Source: Callorhinchus milii (lineage: Eukaryota). From it: DNA of 64,000 bases. The position numbers and the translations under genes were made by a program. Shown piece after piece: positions 60,181-64,000 of this stretch. The stretch spans positions 53,198,001-53,262,000 of the forward strand of contig NW_024704742.1 in assembly GCF_018977255.1 (NCBI RefSeq). Direction: 5' to 3'. The notes beneath the pieces are model-generated. The model had not been told where the DNA came from, did no database searches, and saw only the letters and a program-made list of their open reading frames with translations. Position 1 is the stretch's first letter, and each line of letters starts with the position of its first letter.

Positions 60181-63057
60181 TGCAATAAATGTGTGGCACT
60201 ATTATTTACGGTTATCATAGCAGTTCATTGAATATGTTTACTGGCTGCTATTCCACAGTGAAACTGTGCTTCAATTCCTCATGCAGGAAGGAGTTAAAAT
60301 AGCAATGGAGGAAGTGGGGGTGGTGGGGGGGCGAAGGCACTCTATCATTCCACTAAGCACATAAAAACATTTTAATGAATCAGTTGTTGTTGGTGGTGGT
60401 TGCATATTCTTAAATCAATATTCGAAGGCTCATCTTTTAGCTTAAGCACATAAAGTATCACATGCAACCTCCAGAGTTTACTTATTGCAAAATCTGATTC
60501 TTTTGTTGAATCTGCCTTTCTAAGCTTTAGTGACTTGTTGAAGGATGTGACATATTTACTAATACGAGCAACATTTTTCCGGCCAGTGTAAAGGTCATGG
60601 TGTAGATATTTACAAAGACATAAACCTGACCTAGATACAAGATTTTATAGGGAATTTAAGGCTGTAAATAAGTGCACAATTATACTTTGGTGGACGCTAT
60701 AGGAGGCTTAACTCCTTTCCGACAGAGTTGTGCTGCGATCTCTGAAGAGAAAGACATCTCAAGTAAATATTTATGAGCCAAATTTTCCCACTCGTATGGC
60801 CTTGGACTCACATTTGACAGTCTTGTACATACCAGCTCTGAAATCTGCCCTTTTATGCTTTTGGCAATTTTCTTGAGATGGTGGGTGCTCAACGCAGAAC
60901 AAACAGCTTGGCTGTCTTTCCCTCCCTCCTGTGGGGGCTTACATTCCACACAATGGATTTTCAAGACCTGTCTTAGCAACTCTTGAGCACAGCAAAGTAA
61001 ACCAAAACTGCAGCCAATTCCCATATAGCAACCAAAATGGGTCAGGAAAAAAACAACGCTTTACAGGAAGGCAAGTCAACCACATCAGGAAGGGAATACA
61101 CACTTATGCAGCAGCCATTTTATGTGGTGTATAAAGCCCAAACCCCCATATAGTTGCCAACAAAAATCCTAACTCCAATTTGCTTTGTGACCAAAACGGC
61201 TGATAATTGAGCAAGCTGGAGTTTAGCTGCATCACTGAATTCATGCTGGTTAAATACGTCAAAGAGATTTTAGGTTCTGGTCGGCCTTACGTATAGCGAT
61301 TTTGATGATGTCAGCTGCTAATTGGATTATCTCTGTTATAATCACCGTGAACGCTATATGTAGGACAGACCAGAATTGAACCGATTGGTCTGGCAAATTT
61401 AACATGGAAAACCAACATCCCTCAATAATCCCTCAGACAAGGGAGTCTGCCCTATGTACCGTGATTATGGTCACCATTTTCTGCTGTGTCTCGATACTAT
61501 AACGTTTTTGTCCATTGATAGTTGGGCCAAATGCTCTGTTTCCACGCTGTATCATTGTGTGTAACTCTAGGTGAGCCATATGAGGATGCACTGAACATGT
61601 GACACAGGCTTTGTTGTGGAGTGTGCTATAAGACTGCAGGAGTGATTCAGCCCTTCTTCACAATTGTAGTTGTACTTATGAGCCATTGGGGCTGAAGACA
61701 GGACATCGGCCTAGACTGTATCTGATTCTCATCTTGGTGTTTGCTCTCGTGCCAAGGAAGTAACAATTTACAGGCTTTCTCACTCACATGACGGAGTGGT
61801 CATAAATTGCAACATTTCTGTATGTGGAACTGGCTGGAAAATTAAATGGCAAATCTTATGCTTTGTTTCCCTCCCTCTTTAGTGGCCAACTGGCAGTCTA
61901 AGCACTCCCCACAAATGAACGATGAGTTTCATCCAATATCTTAGCCTGCACCAACTTCCTCTGTCAATGGGAAAGGTATAGAGTCCAAACCCATCTGATC
62001 TCACTGCCTACAAATGAGAGGAGGTGAATGCATGCTAGTGAGTTTCTGTAACTCCAATGATCCTGCCTTTCACTGTCTGCTGGACAACTGACATTTGCCA
62101 AAGTACCAAAGTCTGCATTTCACTAACATTAAACATGTGATGGGCAGTCAGACCAGTGATCCAGGAATCTAAACAACCATGTGCTGAGTGACCAGTATTA
62201 TTCTATGCAGCCAGCTCCACATCACGTAATGCAATAACACCGCATTACAATTGGGGCAAAAGTCAGCTGTCGTGGCCTCATAACTGACAACACAAAACCA
62301 AGCCTCACATTTCTCTGCCCATCTCAGCGTGTTCTATTGATAATACTCATAAATTCTGACAAATGAATCATTTCAGATTGAATTAGATTTTTTGAAGATT
62401 CAACTTTGTGGCTTCTAGCAAAACACCCGACCAACCAGTACTCCTTAATGAAGTCCTCAGGTTCCTGTCTGAACACACGTGTGGGATTCCTACAAGACAT
62501 GCCGTCATTCAGCTGTTAGATTCTACTCGGTTATTATCCGTGTGACTCATGGAGGGAGGGAAGCCGACAAAACTATCACAAAGTCTGCACTAATTTATAG
62601 TGGAAAAATTCACCAATTCTTCATCTTTCCATCTCTAAGTCTGTCCGCCTGCTGTAAGGCTCTATAGAATGATACAACACAGACACTAATTTCAGCTCTG
62701 AGATTTTCCCCATTGTGCTAAATGTAACTGATCTTTACACAGCCCTGTTTTCTGTCAGAATGTTTTTAATCAAATCTTTTTTGGCATTTGTTGACAATTA
62801 ATCTTTTGCTTTTGCAGCTGTACTGCATATCCCACGATCCTTTGCTGCATTTCACACCTCTGCTTAACTCGAACAAAACTATCCTGAGATAAAAATACTA
62901 AAGCCGTTTAAATTTTAGTTCTTTTCCCATCACAATACAACTCTAAGCATCCTCTCCTACTCTGTATTTCCCAGTATTTCAAAACTGTGAAGTCCCTTAA
63001 CATCCACAGCTTTCCCTCCTCTTACTGTATGCAAGTTTTGAAACCCAAGCTTAGGAA

Positions 63058-63740
63058 CAAATAATCCTTGCATTGTGACACAGCACCTTTCACATCAGGA
63101 AGATATCTCAGAATGTGTCACAAGATTTATTATGAAATGTAGTGGGTTGTGATTTTGTAGCAGCAATTAATTTGCATACAGCAGTGTCACAAATATAACC
63201 TTGAGGTGAATGACTAGCTATATCAGAGGGATTGTTGGCCATATACTGGGAGAAACTCCCTTCTCTTTGCAAGTAGTGGACTGGTTATATGGGAAATCGG
63301 GAATTTACCCAAGTGCCCAGTGAATGGTTCCCAATGTTTATCAGAAGTTCCATTTATGTCTGACAAAATTTTTAATGGTAAAAGGTGCCAATGTTTAATG
63401 CTTTTGGTCACTCCATGCGCCCCCCCCCCCCACCCCACCCCCCCGTCCCCCCCACACACAAATTAGCACCCCTCCTTTTATCAGGACAATTCCGAGGTTT
63501 CTCAGGGAGTCAGTCCACCACTGGTGCCATGGGTCTATAACGCTCACTTAAACCCCAATTCGAACTGGTAGTTAGGACCTCAGTTTAACGTCTCATCTGA
63601 AGGAAGGCTCCTCCGACAATGCAGGCTATCCCCAGCACTGCATCGAAAAAGCCTCCAAGAAGTGAGTTCAAAGTCTCAGTGTGGGGTTTGATCCCACAAC
63701 CTTCTGACTCAGAGGCCAACTTAGCTAGGTTGACACCTTG
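63058..63740 (-). mobile_element. Deu-domain SINE hosting a TIR-bounded insert (~63271-63523)
   Basis: The SINE is split between TTCTCTTTGCA and GTGCCATGGG; insert ends AGTAGTGGACTG / CAGTCCACCACT. Confidence 0.75.
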
Positions 63741-63819
63741 TTTTTGCTTCTTGATTTATCTTGCTTTCTATTCCTTTAGTGGTGCCCTGCATTGTGGGGC
63801 TTGGTCCTTTACTTTGAAC

Positions 63820-63975
63820 CATAGAATTTTACAGTTATGGTTCACATTGAAGGTTATTTGGCCCATTGTGCCTGTCCTGGCTCTCTGAAAGAACTATTCA
63901 TCTTTTCCCAGTTGCCTGGCTTTTTTCCTTGACAGTTTATAGTTTTGCTTTTCAAATATTATTTTAATTCCCTCT
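63820..63975 (-). mobile_element. CR1-type 3' end remnant
   Basis: CATAGAATTTTACAG...GAAGGTTATTTGGCCCATTGTGCCTGTCCTGGCTCTCTGAAAGAACTAT, homologous to 30225-30305. Confidence 0.65.
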
Positions 63976-64000
63976 TAAATGCAAGGATTATTATTAAAGC

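Noticed and set aside
53920..62512. Chain of possible minus-strand exons (~62436-62512, ~60833-60984, ~53920-53969)
   Set aside because: Splice phases do not join consistently, acceptors are weak and no protein family is recognisable; BLASTX or RNA-seq would be needed.

Overview
This is eukaryotic, repeat-rich, essentially non-coding vertebrate DNA. The repeat inventory (LF-SINE-like, Deu-domain SINE, L2 and CR1 LINE remnants) points to a cartilaginous fish, plausibly a chimaera/elephant-shark relative; that assignment is inference. I found no intact host protein-coding ORF, CRISPR array, rRNA or true tRNA, and no prokaryote-style novel system. The only gene-like landmark is a CpG-enriched region (about 9.8-12.3 kb) holding a probable first exon on the minus strand. 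It ends GCCATGATCCTCACAC|GTAAGT at 11797 and is followed immediately by a ~1.07-kb G-rich (minus-strand) minisatellite; the gene would run off the left end of the window. The rest is a layered retroposon landscape: (i) a young tRNA-headed, CORE-like SINE whose 3' half is shared with (ii) an older Deu-domain SINE, both ending in an L2-like tail; (iii) about 20 LF-SINE-like fragments; (iv) L2 and CR1 3' fragments; (v) two small DNA-transposon-like inserts. The most interesting signals are three pre-miRNA-sized hairpins made by L2/SINE 3' tails sitting in opposite orientation (one with a clean target-site duplication), the modular chimeric SINE, local inverted or templated duplications, and two FOX:ETS/GATA/SOX motif clusters in unique sequence. 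Repeat family names come from my recall of consensus sequences, not from a search, and repeat boundaries are approximate.
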